From: Acidobacteriota bacterium
GTDB taxonomy: Bacteria > Acidobacteriota > Terriglobia > Terriglobales > Acidobacteriaceae
Assembly: GCA_031296105.1 (NCBI GenBank)
Contig: JARLGJ010000039.1
Coordinates: 52,981-116,980, forward strand
DNA: 64,000 bases
Direction: 5' to 3'
Part shown: positions 1 through 11,312 of the stretch, in pieces
How positions within the stretch are numbered: the first letter of the stretch is position 1
Layout of the letters: the number at the start of each line of letters is the position of its first letter
Program-made: the position numbers and the translations under genes
The notes under the pieces: model-generated
Database searches by the model: none
The model's input: only the letters and a program-made list of their open reading frames with translations
Told to the model about the DNA's origin: nothing

Positions 1-588
1 GTCGCCGTTGCGTCCGCAGTTGCAGGGAGCGGCAATGCCTTCAATCCCCTTGATGGCGTGGAACGGCACCAGGCAGTGTCCCAGTTCGCCGCCAAAGCCC
101 ACGCGGCCCTTCAACACCTTGTCTTCCATGATGACGCCGCCGCCCGTGCCGGTGCCGATGACGACCGAAATCGACGTTTTGCCGCTGTTGGAACCGAACA
201 TGGCAAAGTGTCCCCACAGGGCCGCCGCGTTGGCGTCGTTCAGGTAGGTAACCGGCTTCTCCAGCTTCTTCTCAATGCCGGCGCGCACGTCAAAGCCCTT
301 CCACTCCTCGTGGGCAAAGTTGGTGGAGCCGCGCTTGCTGAGCACACCCGTGGCGCTGGCCGGCCCCGGAGTGTCCAGTCCCACGGCCACAATATCCACC
401 GTGGCGATGCCAGCCCGGTGCGCGGCAATGGCCAGTCCGTCTTCAATCTGCTGCAAGCAGACCGTTGGCCCCTGCTTGGTCAGCGCCGGATGCTCGCACA
501 GTCCATCGATGAGGAATTTGCCCTCGGGCGTCACCAGCGTGTAGTTCACCGCCGTGCCACCCAAATCCACCCCTGCGACAAATTTCAT
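1..588 (-). CDS. ROK-family sugar kinase (glucokinase-like), C-terminal end cut by the window edge
   Basis: The minus-strand frame is open from position 1 to the ATG at 586-588. Translation starts MKFVAGVDLGGTAVNYTLVTPEGKF (ROK/ASKHA DLGGT motif). It reaches the window edge at ...GIAAPCNCGRNGD (ROK Cys-rich zinc motif). It is absent from the ORF track because there is no stop codon in the window. Confidence 0.8.
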   Translation of the reverse strand, partial: MKFVAGVDLGGTAVNYTLVTPEGKFLIDGLCEHPALTKQGPTVCLQQIEDGLAIAAHRAGIATVDIVAVGLDTPGPASATGVLSKRGSTNFAHEEWKGFDVRAGIEKKLEKPVTYLNDANAAALWGHFAMFGSNSGKTSISVVIGTGTGGGVIMEDKVLKGRVGFGGELGHCLVPFHAIKGIEGIAAPCNCGRNGD

Positions 589-714
589 AAGTAATTCTCC
601 GGAATCCTAAGTTGTGCAACGGCATAGGGTAGCACGCGCCACGGCCCCGGGGGCACTATGGAATTTGGATCGAAAGGAGAGCCTCACGGACAGGCCGGAA
701 GGCCGGCAACACAC

Positions 715-1362
715 TTAAAGCAGGGCCTTGAAGATCTGGTCCCCAATCTGCCGCACTTCGTCGTTCTGCTTCAGAGTTTCGTCGAAGCGCGCCTCCAGTG
801 CCAGGGCCGCCCCAAGGGGGTGCAGCACGCGGATGGCGGCGCGCAAACCGTAGCCACGGGTATCTTCAACCGGCAGTCCCAGCAACTTCGCATATCGCTC
901 TTCGCTGTCGGCAGGCATCATACGAGTAAAGTATTGCTCCAACCGTTGTTTGGTTTCAGGATGGCGAATCGCATACAGCTTGAATTCCAGCAGAAGCAGC
1001 GGCCAAACAGAGTCCTCTACCAGTTGCAGAAAGAATTGCCGCAATGCCGCACGATTTTGCTCCACGCTGTTTGAATCCGCGAGCGATGCCTCCATCTGCT
1101 GCCGGGCGCGCATGCCACCTTCTTCGATCAGAGCCAGGAATATCTCCTCTTTGCTCGCGAAATTGGCATAAATGGCGCCCTTTGTGCGCCCTGCCAGCAG
1201 GGCAATTTCACCAAGCTCCGCGCCTTCGTACCCATCGCGGGCAAAAATAGTTTTGGCGGCCTCCAGCAGGAGATGTCTCGTCTCCTGCGTCTTTAACTGA
1301 TGCTTGTTCAGCGTGGCTTCGGCCATGGATCCTCGCTCTCCCAAGGGGGAGAGTACCGGCAC
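715..1362 (-). CDS. TetR/AcrR-family transcriptional regulator
   Basis: 215-aa ORF. The N-terminal HTH region LLEAAKTIFARDGYEGAELGEIALLAGRTKGAIYANFASKEEIF is typical of the TetR family. Confidence 0.85.
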   Translation of the reverse strand: MPVLSPLGERGSMAEATLNKHQLKTQETRHLLLEAAKTIFARDGYEGAELGEIALLAGRTKGAIYANFASKEEIFLALIEEGGMRARQQMEASLADSNSVEQNRAALRQFFLQLVEDSVWPLLLLEFKLYAIRHPETKQRLEQYFTRMMPADSEERYAKLLGLPVEDTRGYGLRAAIRVLHPLGAALALEARFDETLKQNDEVRQIGDQIFKALL

Positions 1363-1375
1363 ATTCAGTGACGGA

Positions 1376-2341
1376 TCAGTTGGTGTGTTTCAGTTCCCGA
1401 TAGTAGTGCTTGACCAGTTTCTTGGCAACGCTGTCGGCCACCGTCAGGCTCTCGTTGTCACCCCGCACCGAGGCCTTCACCTGCTCCCGTCTGAGCACCT
1501 TACCCGCGGCATTCGTGATGGAAGCATCGAACTCCATCTGCGTCGTCCCCATGAACATCCCCACCGGCCCGGACATTGCGCGCTGCACCTGGTTTCCCTG
1601 TTTGAAGTGCGAAACGGCAATTTGAATCGTCGTCTCCGGACATCCCTGCAACGGCGTGCGCTCGCCGTCGCGCACCACAATTGTCCGCGCACTGCCATGC
1701 TGCAAGCGGTCCGCCAGATGTTCGTACACCAAGGCGCGATACGCGGCCGGCACCTGGGCCTGCTGCCACTCGGGCGCCTTCAACAGAACGGCTCCCGGCT
1801 TTACCCAACTGGCATCGCAGGACGCCGCTTGCGGATCGGAAGATGCGGCTGGAATTTCCGCCAGGCTCTGTAGCGCCGCTTCGACCTCATCGGCCGCCAC
1901 CTTGAATACCACCCCGTGATAGCCGCCGCTTTCATCGCGATATTCCACCGTCAGCAGTCCAACCTTGTGATGCATTACCCCAGCTGCGGCAAGTCCGCCC
2001 CCTTCCGGAATCGTCATCCGCAAAATGCGCCCCGCCGTCCCCCACAGTTCGACCCGCTCGTTGCTGGCGCTCGCCGCCAAAATCCGGTTCCTCTCCACCA
2101 CAACCGGCTTACCAGACTCCGGATTGAAGACCAGTTCCGCGGAAGTTACCTCAAGCTGTCCTTTTCGTTTTGGCTTAACTCCAGGCAGACCAAAGACATA
2201 CTGCGCCCGCCATTGGGAAACAGACGTACTTGAGACGTCAGGCCGAACCCCACGAACCGCGCCCGGCATGGCCCAGACATTGCACGGCAGAAAGCTGGAA
2301 AAACTCAGAAAGAGCAGCAGGAACCGATGGAACCGAAGCAT
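1376..2341 (-). CDS. secreted or lipoprotein-like hypothetical protein
   Basis: The track ORF is 1376..2389. The preferred start is the ATG at 2341, giving a signal-like MLRFHRFLLLFLSFSSFLPCNVWA preceded by GAGGGGG. It ends 13 nt upstream of the TetR gene on the same strand. Confidence 0.6.
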   Translation of the reverse strand: MLRFHRFLLLFLSFSSFLPCNVWAMPGAVRGVRPDVSSTSVSQWRAQYVFGLPGVKPKRKGQLEVTSAELVFNPESGKPVVVERNRILAASASNERVELWGTAGRILRMTIPEGGGLAAAGVMHHKVGLLTVEYRDESGGYHGVVFKVAADEVEAALQSLAEIPAASSDPQAASCDASWVKPGAVLLKAPEWQQAQVPAAYRALVYEHLADRLQHGSARTIVVRDGERTPLQGCPETTIQIAVSHFKQGNQVQRAMSGPVGMFMGTTQMEFDASITNAAGKVLRREQVKASVRGDNESLTVADSVAKKLVKHYYRELKHTN

Positions 2342-2505
2342 AGTGTTACCCCCTCTTAAATAAATACCTACTAGTACGTATTTTGTCAAACGCTAGCCTC
2401 CGCTCCGCCTCCTTAATTCATATTTTTGCTTCCTAAGTCATCCTGCGCCGCCTAATCTCTTTTGCCGCTTCTGCCGATCAACCTCATTGGAAGGAGGTTT
2501 CCGTT

Positions 2506-2829
2506 ATGAGCACATCAGCGATCACCAGCTCCACGGAGACTTACAACTCCACGGCCGTGGCCCAGCAGAATGCCGCCGCAGCGGCCGCCCGTCAGGCGGC
2601 GGAGAAAGCCGCCGAACAGAATCAGGCGAACTCGTCCGCCACCACGGTAAAGATCTCCGTGGCGGCACAGGCGCGCCTGATGCAACAGCAGGGAGAGAGC
2701 GTGCAGCAGATTGCCAACTCTCTTTCCACCGACGTGAAAACCGTCGATGAATACCTGGGCATCTCAACCTCTTCGTCGTCCTCCTCGGCCGCCGAAGGCT
2801 TGGCGGTGCTGGGAGCCATGGGCGGATAA
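2506..2829 (+). CDS. small Ala/Gln/Ser-rich hypothetical protein (weak FlgM-like pattern)
   Basis: 107-aa ORF with a GGAAGGAGG Shine-Dalgarno sequence 8-16 nt upstream. The segment TVKISVAAQARLMQQQGESVQQIANSLSTDVKTVDEYLG loosely resembles the V-x-L/I-S-x-x-A-Q-x-x-L core of FlgM anti-sigma-28 factors. A poly-Ser tract follows. Confidence 0.55.
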   Translation: MSTSAITSSTETYNSTAVAQQNAAAAAARQAAEKAAEQNQANSSATTVKISVAAQARLMQQQGESVQQIANSLSTDVKTVDEYLGISTSSSSSSAAEGLAVLGAMGG

Positions 2830-2860
2830 GCGAGACGGCTCCCGGAAGCAGTACCGCGGT

Positions 2861-2899
2861 GTGCCCCAGGTTCGCATAGCGAAGCGAAGCTAACCTGAG
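2861..2899 (+). repeat. CCCCAGGTT/AACCTGGG-family hairpin repeat with a degenerate right arm
   Basis: GTGCCCCAGGTTCGCATAGCGAAGCGAAGCTAACCTGAGG. Confidence 0.7.
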
Positions 2900-2964
2900 G
2901 TTTTCCCTGTCCCGGTTTGTCTTTTCATCCACACCGCACGAGAAGGTTTTGCCTTCCGGAACCA

Positions 2965-3960
2965 CTACCCCAGCAAATGCGTTCCGATCTTCACGTACAA
3001 CTCCACGGCTTCCATCAGTTCCCTCTTGGCCAGGAACTCGCGCTCGGTGTGCGCCACCAGAATGGATCCCGGCCCCAGCAGCACCGGCCGTCCCCAGTGG
3101 GAGAGCTTGGGAATGTCGGTGGTAAACGATGCGGTCATCGTCGGAATGCCCGGCACGATGAGGAAGCGCATGTAGGCGATGTCCAGCACAAAGGCCACTT
3201 CCGCCAGCGTGCCCACGGCGGCCGCAATCTCTTCGCGCAGTTTTTCCGAAGGCCCCACCAGGCGGTAGAGCAGTTGCGCCTTGGCAAAATCGGGGATCAC
3301 GTTCGTCGCCCGCCCGCCTTCGATGATGCCGATGTTCATCGTGCTCGGGCCGATCTCGGGATTCTCCGGCAGTTGCATCGCCCTTAGCGCCGCCAGCGAG
3401 TCCAGCAGCTTCTCAATCGCCGACTCGCCCAGCTCGGGATACGCCGAGTGCGCCATTTTGCCGTGGGCCGTCACCTCCACGCGCAGAGCGCCTTTGCTGG
3501 CCAGCGCAATGCGATTGTCCGTCGGCTCGCCGTTCACCAGGAACCGCGATCCCCGCGGATTCTGGTTGGCCACCGTCGCCCCGGTGGAGTCGCGCTCCTC
3601 GCCGACCACAAACAGCAGCCCCGCGGACTTGCCACTCTTGCGCAGCTCTTCGCAGGCCGCTACTTGCGCGGCAATGATCCCTTTGGCGTCGCACGCACCG
3701 CGTCCGTAAATGTTGTCATCATCCTCGCGCGAGGGCAGGAACGGCGGAACGGTGTCGGTGTGCGTGCTGAAGACCAGGGCCGGCACCTCCACCTCACGCG
3801 GGCGCGCATAGAGGTTGAAGCGTCCCTCTTCGACCTGCATCCGCTCCACCGCGTAGTCCAGCGATTCCAGATGGCGGGCAAGGAACTCCGCCACTGCACC
3901 CTCATGGCCGGTGGTGGATTCAATGTCGATCAGTTGGCGGGTCAGCGCGATGGGGTTCAT
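2965..3960 (-). CDS. M20-family metallopeptidase (ArgE/DapE-like deacylase)
   Basis: 331 aa. It has LIDIESTTGHEG, STHTDTVPP, GRGACDAKG and FVVGEERDSTGA motifs characteristic of M20 deacetylases/desuccinylases. Confidence 0.8.
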   Translation of the reverse strand: MNPIALTRQLIDIESTTGHEGAVAEFLARHLESLDYAVERMQVEEGRFNLYARPREVEVPALVFSTHTDTVPPFLPSREDDDNIYGRGACDAKGIIAAQVAACEELRKSGKSAGLLFVVGEERDSTGATVANQNPRGSRFLVNGEPTDNRIALASKGALRVEVTAHGKMAHSAYPELGESAIEKLLDSLAALRAMQLPENPEIGPSTMNIGIIEGGRATNVIPDFAKAQLLYRLVGPSEKLREEIAAAVGTLAEVAFVLDIAYMRFLIVPGIPTMTASFTTDIPKLSHWGRPVLLGPGSILVAHTEREFLAKRELMEAVELYVKIGTHLLG

Positions 3961-4029
3961 GGCAGAAGAATAACAGCACTTCCTCGATCACGAGGAATTC
4001 CATTCCCTGGGTTGCATATCCACGGTTGC

Positions 4030-4069
4030 CCCACCCTTACCGCTCAGCTTTATCGAGCGGTAGGGTGGG
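4030..4069. repeat. imperfect 15-bp inverted repeat (stem-loop), single copy in the window
   Basis: CCACCCTTACCGCTC - agctttatc - GAGCGGTAGGGTGGG. It lies between the hppA terminator and the start of the M20 peptidase gene. Confidence 0.5.
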
Positions 4070-4090
4070 AACCTCGAACATGGCAGCACT

Positions 4091-4123
4091 ACAAAAAAGC
4101 GCCACCCGTTGCTGGATGGCGCT
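4091..4123 (-). terminator. rho-independent terminator downstream of hppA
   Basis: The minus-strand RNA reads AGCGCCAUCC-AGCAAC-GGGUGGCGCU followed by UUUUUUGU. The stem is 10 bp with one G-U pair. Confidence 0.8.
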
Positions 4124-4146
4124 TCTGTATTTCCGTGCGGTTTGGC

Positions 4147-6630
<2,484 letters not shown>

Positions 6631-7084
6631 AGATTCCTCCGAGTTCAACTCGTTACGGGTTTTTGGAAATCGACATAAATGCCACGCGCACGAATAGCCG
6701 GTGCGGACAAGCCGCACACGGTCGCTCCGGGGCGCACAGCAGGACCCGAAACGCGCTTCCACATCAAGGAATGTTGAGCTTGGCCGCGTTGGGTGTCACT
6801 GGAGCAGTTCTTCAAATGCTCCGCTGCCCGGGGTTACGTAATAAAAAAATGCCATCTCCGGGAAGCGCAACTTTATACCACGCAGCAAAATTAAAGATCA
6901 ATGATGAAGCGCACTCCAAACGAGGAAATCCGCGACAGGCGGCACCTTTGAGCGGCCCCTTGCCAGCACCTTTCCATGGCCCGCAAGTTCTCTATTTTCA
7001 CAGGTTAGTGGCGGAAGTCCAGCCTCGTGCGGCGTAGCGGAGGAGGCGCGACCGCTCACCCGAGGCCGCCGGCAGACAGCCAAT

Positions 7085-7115
7085 GGAAAAAGCCGATGCC
7101 CATGGGGCACCGGCT
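7085..7115 (-). terminator. rho-independent terminator after the cytochrome c gene 7152..7409
   Basis: The minus-strand RNA reads AGCCGGUGCCC..GGGCAUCGGCU (one G-U pair) followed by a short U-run. Confidence 0.6.
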
Positions 7116-7151
7116 TACGCATAAAAAATTGCGATGAGATCGAACTGTCGC

Positions 7152-7409
7152 TTACTTCAGGAAGGCAGCAATGGCCGACACCTGCTCCGCGGTCACGCCA
7201 GCGATCGGCTTCGCGTGAATGCCCTTCGCGCCGCCCTTGGTGACCACATCCAGGCTCTTGCCCTTGATCGCGGGCCCCATCTTGCCTTCGCCGGCGGCGC
7301 CGTGGCAGCCCGCGCACTTCGCCTTGTAGATCGCGGCGCCGTCTTCGGCAAACGCGGCGGTGGTCATCAGAACAGCGGCAGCAGTAAGAATCATCATGAA
7401 ACGCTTCAT
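7152..7409 (-). CDS. small periplasmic monoheme c-type cytochrome (c553/c551-like), paralog 1
   Basis: The preferred start is the ATG at 7409 (MKRFMMILTAAAVLMTTAAFA signal peptide) with an AGGAG SD. It has a single CAGCH heme motif. It is about 85 aa. Confidence 0.85.
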   Translation of the reverse strand: MKRFMMILTAAAVLMTTAAFAEDGAAIYKAKCAGCHGAAGEGKMGPAIKGKSLDVVTKGGAKGIHAKPIAGVTAEQVSAIAAFLK

Positions 7410-7498
7410 CAGGAAAACTCCTTGAAGAGGAATAAATTGCAACTGCATTCTGCCACCTCCCGTTACCCCTTGCCAAGGATTTTCACCCCCTTGGAAAC

Positions 7499-7527
7499 GC
7501 AAAAAGCCGGCGCACAAGGCGCCGGCT
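7499..7527 (-). terminator. rho-independent terminator after the cytochrome c gene 7545..7808
   Basis: A perfect 9-bp stem AGCCGGCGC/GCGCCGGCU with a 5-nt loop, followed by UUUUGCGUUU on the minus strand. Confidence 0.8.
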
Positions 7528-7544
7528 CTGGAAATCTAAAGTGC

Positions 7545-7808
7545 TTACTTCAGGAAGCCGGCAATCGCCTTGGCATCGGCCTCGGACAGGCCGTTGAAAG
7601 GCTTCGCGTGGATGCCCTTCAGGCCGCCCTTGGTCAGAACCGCAACCACGTCGGTCTTACCCTTCAGGGCCGGACCCATTTTGCCTTCAGCATTGGCGCC
7701 GTGGCAGCCCGCGCACTTCGCCTTGTAGGTGGCAGCGCCGTCTTGCGCAAACGCAGCCGTAGTCATCATCATCGCCAGAGCGGCCAGAACAATCGTAAAA
7801 CGCTTCAT
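7545..7808 (-). CDS. small periplasmic monoheme c-type cytochrome, paralog 2
   Basis: The preferred start is the ATG at 7808 (MKRFTIVLAALAMMMTTAAFA) with an AGGAG SD. It has a CAGCH motif. It aligns along its whole length with the paralog at 7152..7409. Confidence 0.85.
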   Translation of the reverse strand: MKRFTIVLAALAMMMTTAAFAQDGAATYKAKCAGCHGANAEGKMGPALKGKTDVVAVLTKGGLKGIHAKPFNGLSEADAKAIAGFLK

Positions 7809-8233
7809 GGTACAGGATCTCCTGTCAGTAATTGATGCATCATTTTGATGCCATCTGCCCAGGACAGTTGCCCCGGACCCCAAGCATCAATCGTGAATGC
7901 GTTCATATGAACCCATCCGAAAAAATATTCTATCGCTCTAGCTGCGATATTTTTTCAAAAATCGCGTGCGCAGCCCTCTTTTGTCCCATTTCCTGCAAGA
8001 TTGGCAAGAATATCTCTACCCCGCCCCGTAGATTAGAGCAATTCCAGTGAAGCGATGTCCTTTGCAAATGGTTCACCGCCGTCGTTTCCTGTGGGTCACA
8101 ACGGCCCCTGGCCGGTGACTCCGGAGTGCAACATCTCTGTAATCGCTCCAATGATTTACGGGCCGCCCCGTCTCATGCAGTAAACTCGTTGATGTCCGTT
8201 TGAAGCCTGTATGCTGGAGGGCGGGATACGTCT

Positions 8234-11020
8234 ATGTTCTACCGCTGCTTTTTGGAAACCGTGGAGCGCTGGCCCGATTCGCCGGCAACTGAAATTCAAC
8301 GCCAGCCTGGCGCCACCACCGCCCCGTCTGAACTCTATTCCGTCTCCACTACCGCCGACGGCCATGTAATCGAGAGCTTCAGCTTCCGCCAGATGCGCCG
8401 TTACGCCGATGGCGTTGGCCACTGGCTGCGTGCCAGTCAGGTCGCCGATGCGCGCTGCGCCATCCTGGCCATGAATCACCCCGCATGGGTGGCTACCTTC
8501 ATGGGCATCATCGGCAGCGGCAACACGGCGGTTCCGCTCGATACCGCGTTCACCGCTCACCAGGTGGGCAAGCTGCTGGACGATTGCGGCGCCTCTCTGC
8601 TGTTTACCGACGAGCGTTGCTTGACCGTGGCCCAGGAAGCTGCCGCCACCCGCGGCATCCGCCTGGTGGCCATGCACTCGGAACTGCCCGGCCTGCCCTG
8701 TACCCGTCAGATGGCCCTCGACGCTCCCGCGGATTTTGTCGCCGCTGACGTCAAGAATGACGACGTCATCTCGCTCATCTACACCAGCGGCACCACCAGC
8801 GACCCCAAGGGCGTCATGCTCACCGACGGCAACCTGGTCGCCGAGCTTGAGACTGCCCGCAAATTCGTTCACCTTGGTCCCGAGGATTGCATTCTCGGCG
8901 TGCTGCCGCTCTTCCATGTGCTGGCGCAGATGGTGAACGTCTTCTTCCCCCTGGGCAACGGCGTGCGCGTCGTCTTTCTGGATTCGCTGAACACGCAGGA
9001 GCTGATGATTGGCCTGCGCGAGCGCGGTGTCACCATCTTCTGCTGCGTGCCGCAGTTCTTCTACCTGATTCACGAGCGCATCTTCGGCGAGGTCAGCAAA
9101 AAAGGACGCCTGGCGGAAAAGATTCTCCGCCTGCTGCTCAAGCTCAGCCTCTTCACCCAGAAGTTCGGCTTCAACCTGGGCAAGATCGTCTTCAAGAAGG
9201 TTCACCAGCAGCTCGGCCCCAACATCCGCTTCTTCCTCACCGGCGGCTCGCGCTTTGACGCGCAGATTGGCCGCGACATTCAGGGCCTCGGCTTTGACAT
9301 GATGCAGGCCTACGGACTCACCGAGACCACCAGCGGCTGCTTCTGCACCCCTCAGAATGACAACGTCATCGGTTCCATCGGACGCCCTCTGCCCGGACTC
9401 AAGGCCAGGATTGTCGATCCCAAGCTGGATGAAAACGGGCACCTGGTGGGCGAGATCGCCTTTGCCGGCCCTACCGTGATGAAGGGCTATTACAACCGTC
9501 CCCAGGCCACCGCCGAGGTGCTGCGTGACGGCTGGTTCTACACCGGCGACCTGGCCTGGGAGGACGCCAAGGGCAACTACTTCATCACCGGGCGCGCCAA
9601 GGACGTCATCGTCCTCAGCTCGGGCAAGAACATCTATCCCGAGGAAATCGAGAGCTACTACCTGCGCTCCAGTTGGATCAAGGAAATCTGCGTCCTCGGC
9701 CTGGAGAGCCAGAAGCCCGGCGAGCCGCTCAGCGAGCGCCTGCACGGCGTCATCGTGCCCAACTTCGACGTGCTGCGCGAGCACAAGATCGCCAACATAC
9801 GCGAGGTGATCCGCTACGACGTGGAAGGCATCTCCGCCACGCTGCCGGCCACCAAGCGCATTCTCTCCTACGACATTTGGCAGGACGACCTGCCGCGCAC
9901 CACCACCCGCAAGCTGCGCCGCGGCGAGATTGAAAAAAAACTCAAGGCACTGCACGCCGCCGGCAAAGTGGAAGAGATCACGCCCAAGGCGCGCGTCTTC
10001 ACCGCAGCCGACCGTGAATGGCTGGCCATCCCCGAGGTCGCGCGCGCGCTTACGGTAGTAGCCGACGCCGTGGGCAAGGACTACAAGAAAGAGCTGCATC
10101 CGGACGACAATCTCGAACTCGACCTCGGCCTCGATTCGATGGAGCGCGTCGAACTGCTCACCGACCTGGCGCATCACCTGGGCGCAGAAGTCGCCGACTC
10201 CGCCGCCAGCGAGGTCTATACCGTTCGCGAGTTAATTGACCTGGTGCGCGCCAACTCCGGCAAGGCCACGCGCAACGCGCCGGGCTGGCACACCGTCTTT
10301 GAGAGCGAAACCACCGATCCCGAAGTCTTGGCCATCACCAACCCGCGGCCCGTCGTCGCCTTCTTCTGGTGGCTCTTCGGCAAGAGCGTGAAGTACCTTT
10401 CGCACGTGCTCTTCCGCCTGCGCGTGGAAGGCATGGAGAACCTGCCCGAGGGCGCGTTTGTCATGTGTCCGAATCACGCCAGCTACCTGGACGCGCCGAT
10501 CCTTACGGCGGCCCTGCCCTGGCGCGTCTTCCACAACGTCTTTTACGTGGGCACCACGGAGATCTTCGGCAGCGGCGCAATGCGCAAGCTGGCGCAGTTC
10601 CTGCACCTCATCCCGGTCGATCCCGACTCCAACCTGGTGCCCGCCATGCGCGCCGGAGCCTACGGCCTGCGCGCCGGCAAGGTGCTGGTGATGTATCCCG
10701 AAGGCGAGCGCTCCATCGAAGGTCCGCCGAAGAAGTTCAAAAAGGGCGCGGCCATTTTGGCGCAGCATCTTAACGTCCCCATTGTTCCCGTCGCCGAATA
10801 CGGTTTCCACAAGGCGTGGCCGCGCGGCAAGGGCTTCCAGGGCTTCGCTCCGTTGCGCATCCGCGTGGGTAAGCCCATCTATCCCAATCTGGACGAGAAG
10901 CCCGAGCACGCTTACGAGCGATTGACCGATGAACTCCGCGCGCGCGTGGTGGAGATGTGGGACAACCTGGACCAGGACGGGAAGCCCAAGTCCCAAAAGC
11001 CCGAAATGACGCACGCGTAA
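8234..11020 (+). CDS. three-domain fusion: acyl-CoA/acyl-AMP ligase, carrier-protein domain and PlsC-type lysophospholipid acyltransferase
   Basis: 928 aa. AMP-binding motifs are [26 protein letters not shown] and [19 protein letters not shown]. The phosphopantetheine site is [13 protein letters not shown], with the Ser at about residue 635. The PlsC blocks are CPNHASYLD (HX4D, about residue 751), YPEGERS and VPIVPV. Confidence 0.85.
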   Translation: MFYRCFLETVERWPDSPATEIQRQPGATTAPSELYSVSTTADGHVIESFSFRQMRRYADGVGHWLRASQVADARCAILAMNHPAWVATFMGIIGSGNTAVPLDTAFTAHQVGKLLDDCGASLLFTDERCLTVAQEAAATRGIRLVAMHSELPGLPCTRQMALDAPADFVAADVKNDDVISLIYTSGTTSDPKGVMLTDGNLVAELETARKFVHLGPEDCILGVLPLFHVLAQMVNVFFPLGNGVRVVFLDSLNTQELMIGLRERGVTIFCCVPQFFYLIHERIFGEVSKKGRLAEKILRLLLKLSLFTQKFGFNLGKIVFKKVHQQLGPNIRFFLTGGSRFDAQIGRDIQGLGFDMMQAYGLTETTSGCFCTPQNDNVIGSIGRPLPGLKARIVDPKLDENGHLVGEIAFAGPTVMKGYYNRPQATAEVLRDGWFYTGDLAWEDAKGNYFITGRAKDVIVLSSGKNIYPEEIESYYLRSSWIKEICVLGLESQKPGEPLSERLHGVIVPNFDVLREHKIANIREVIRYDVEGISATLPATKRILSYDIWQDDLPRTTTRKLRRGEIEKKLKALHAAGKVEEITPKARVFTAADREWLAIPEVARALTVVADAVGKDYKKELHPDDNLELDLGLDSMERVELLTDLAHHLGAEVADSAASEVYTVRELIDLVRANSGKATRNAPGWHTVFESETTDPEVLAITNPRPVVAFFWWLFGKSVKYLSHVLFRLRVEGMENLPEGAFVMCPNHASYLDAPILTAALPWRVFHNVFYVGTTEIFGSGAMRKLAQFLHLIPVDPDSNLVPAMRAGAYGLRAGKVLVMYPEGERSIEGPPKKFKKGAAILAQHLNVPIVPVAEYGFHKAWPRGKGFQGFAPLRIRVGKPIYPNLDEKPEHAYERLTDELRARVVEMWDNLDQDGKPKSQKPEMTHA

Positions 11021-11052
11021 TCCAGGTCAACCAGGGCAAGTCAGAATTGGCG

Positions 11053-11090
11053 CCCCATGTCTGCGGCTTTTCGCAGACGTGGGGCTTTTG
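11053..11090 (+). terminator. rho-independent terminator after the ligase-ACP-acyltransferase gene
   Basis: CCCCATGTCTGCG-gcttttc-CGCAGACGTGGGG followed by CTTTTG. Confidence 0.75.
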
Positions 11091-11220
11091 ATCTTGATCT
11101 TGTTTTGTCCCCCTGAGCGCAGCCGGATGCGAAGTCGAAGGGCCCCTACCTTACACACAACTCCCCCTAAATGTTGTGCCCCAGGTTCGACGCGCGTTTT
11201 TCGCGCGGCTAACCTGGGTG
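11085..11220 (+). repeat. left copy of a composite repeat flanking the chemoreceptor gene
   Basis: CTTTTGATCTTG...CCCTGAGCGCAGCCGGATGCGAAGTCGAAGGGCCCCTACCTTACaCACAACTC...TTGTGCCCCAGGTT..AACCTGGG. The same module order recurs at 13399..13556. Confidence 0.8.
11176..11218 (+). repeat. CCCCAGGTT/AACCTGGG hairpin repeat (loop subtype CGACGCGCGTTTTTCGCGCGGCT)
   Basis: GTGCCCCAGGTTCGACGCGCGTTTTTCGCGCGGCTAACCTGGG. The loop itself forms a CGCGCG/CGCGCG inner hairpin. Confidence 0.85.
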
Positions 11221-11312
11221 TCTCTGCCTTCCTCTACGCTAAAGTGCTTTCCCTTCTTCGCCGATTGCTACCTACAGGGACACTGTGCCCGAGCCGGCAC
11301 GCGAGGAATGGA

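Noticed and set aside
6631-7151. The 520-bp gap upstream of hppA, examined for an ncRNA (SRP, 6S, tmRNA or RNase P) or a small gene.
   Set aside because: I recognised no conserved ncRNA motif. The ORFs there (6663..7037 and 6898..7476) have no motifs, and one overlaps the cytochrome gene. I cannot support any call without a covariance-model search.
8156-10177. A 673-aa minus-strand ORF.
   Set aside because: It is antisense to the AMP-ligase/ACP/PlsC gene. Its composition is Ala/Gly/Leu/Val/Asp-rich with no recognisable domain. It is a high-GC antisense artefact.
11079-11312. N-terminal extension of the chemoreceptor ORF (78 extra residues).
   Set aside because: The extension is made of terminator and dispersed-repeat DNA that recurs downstream of the gene. 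The ATG at 11313 gives a normal short cytoplasmic N-terminus followed by TM1.
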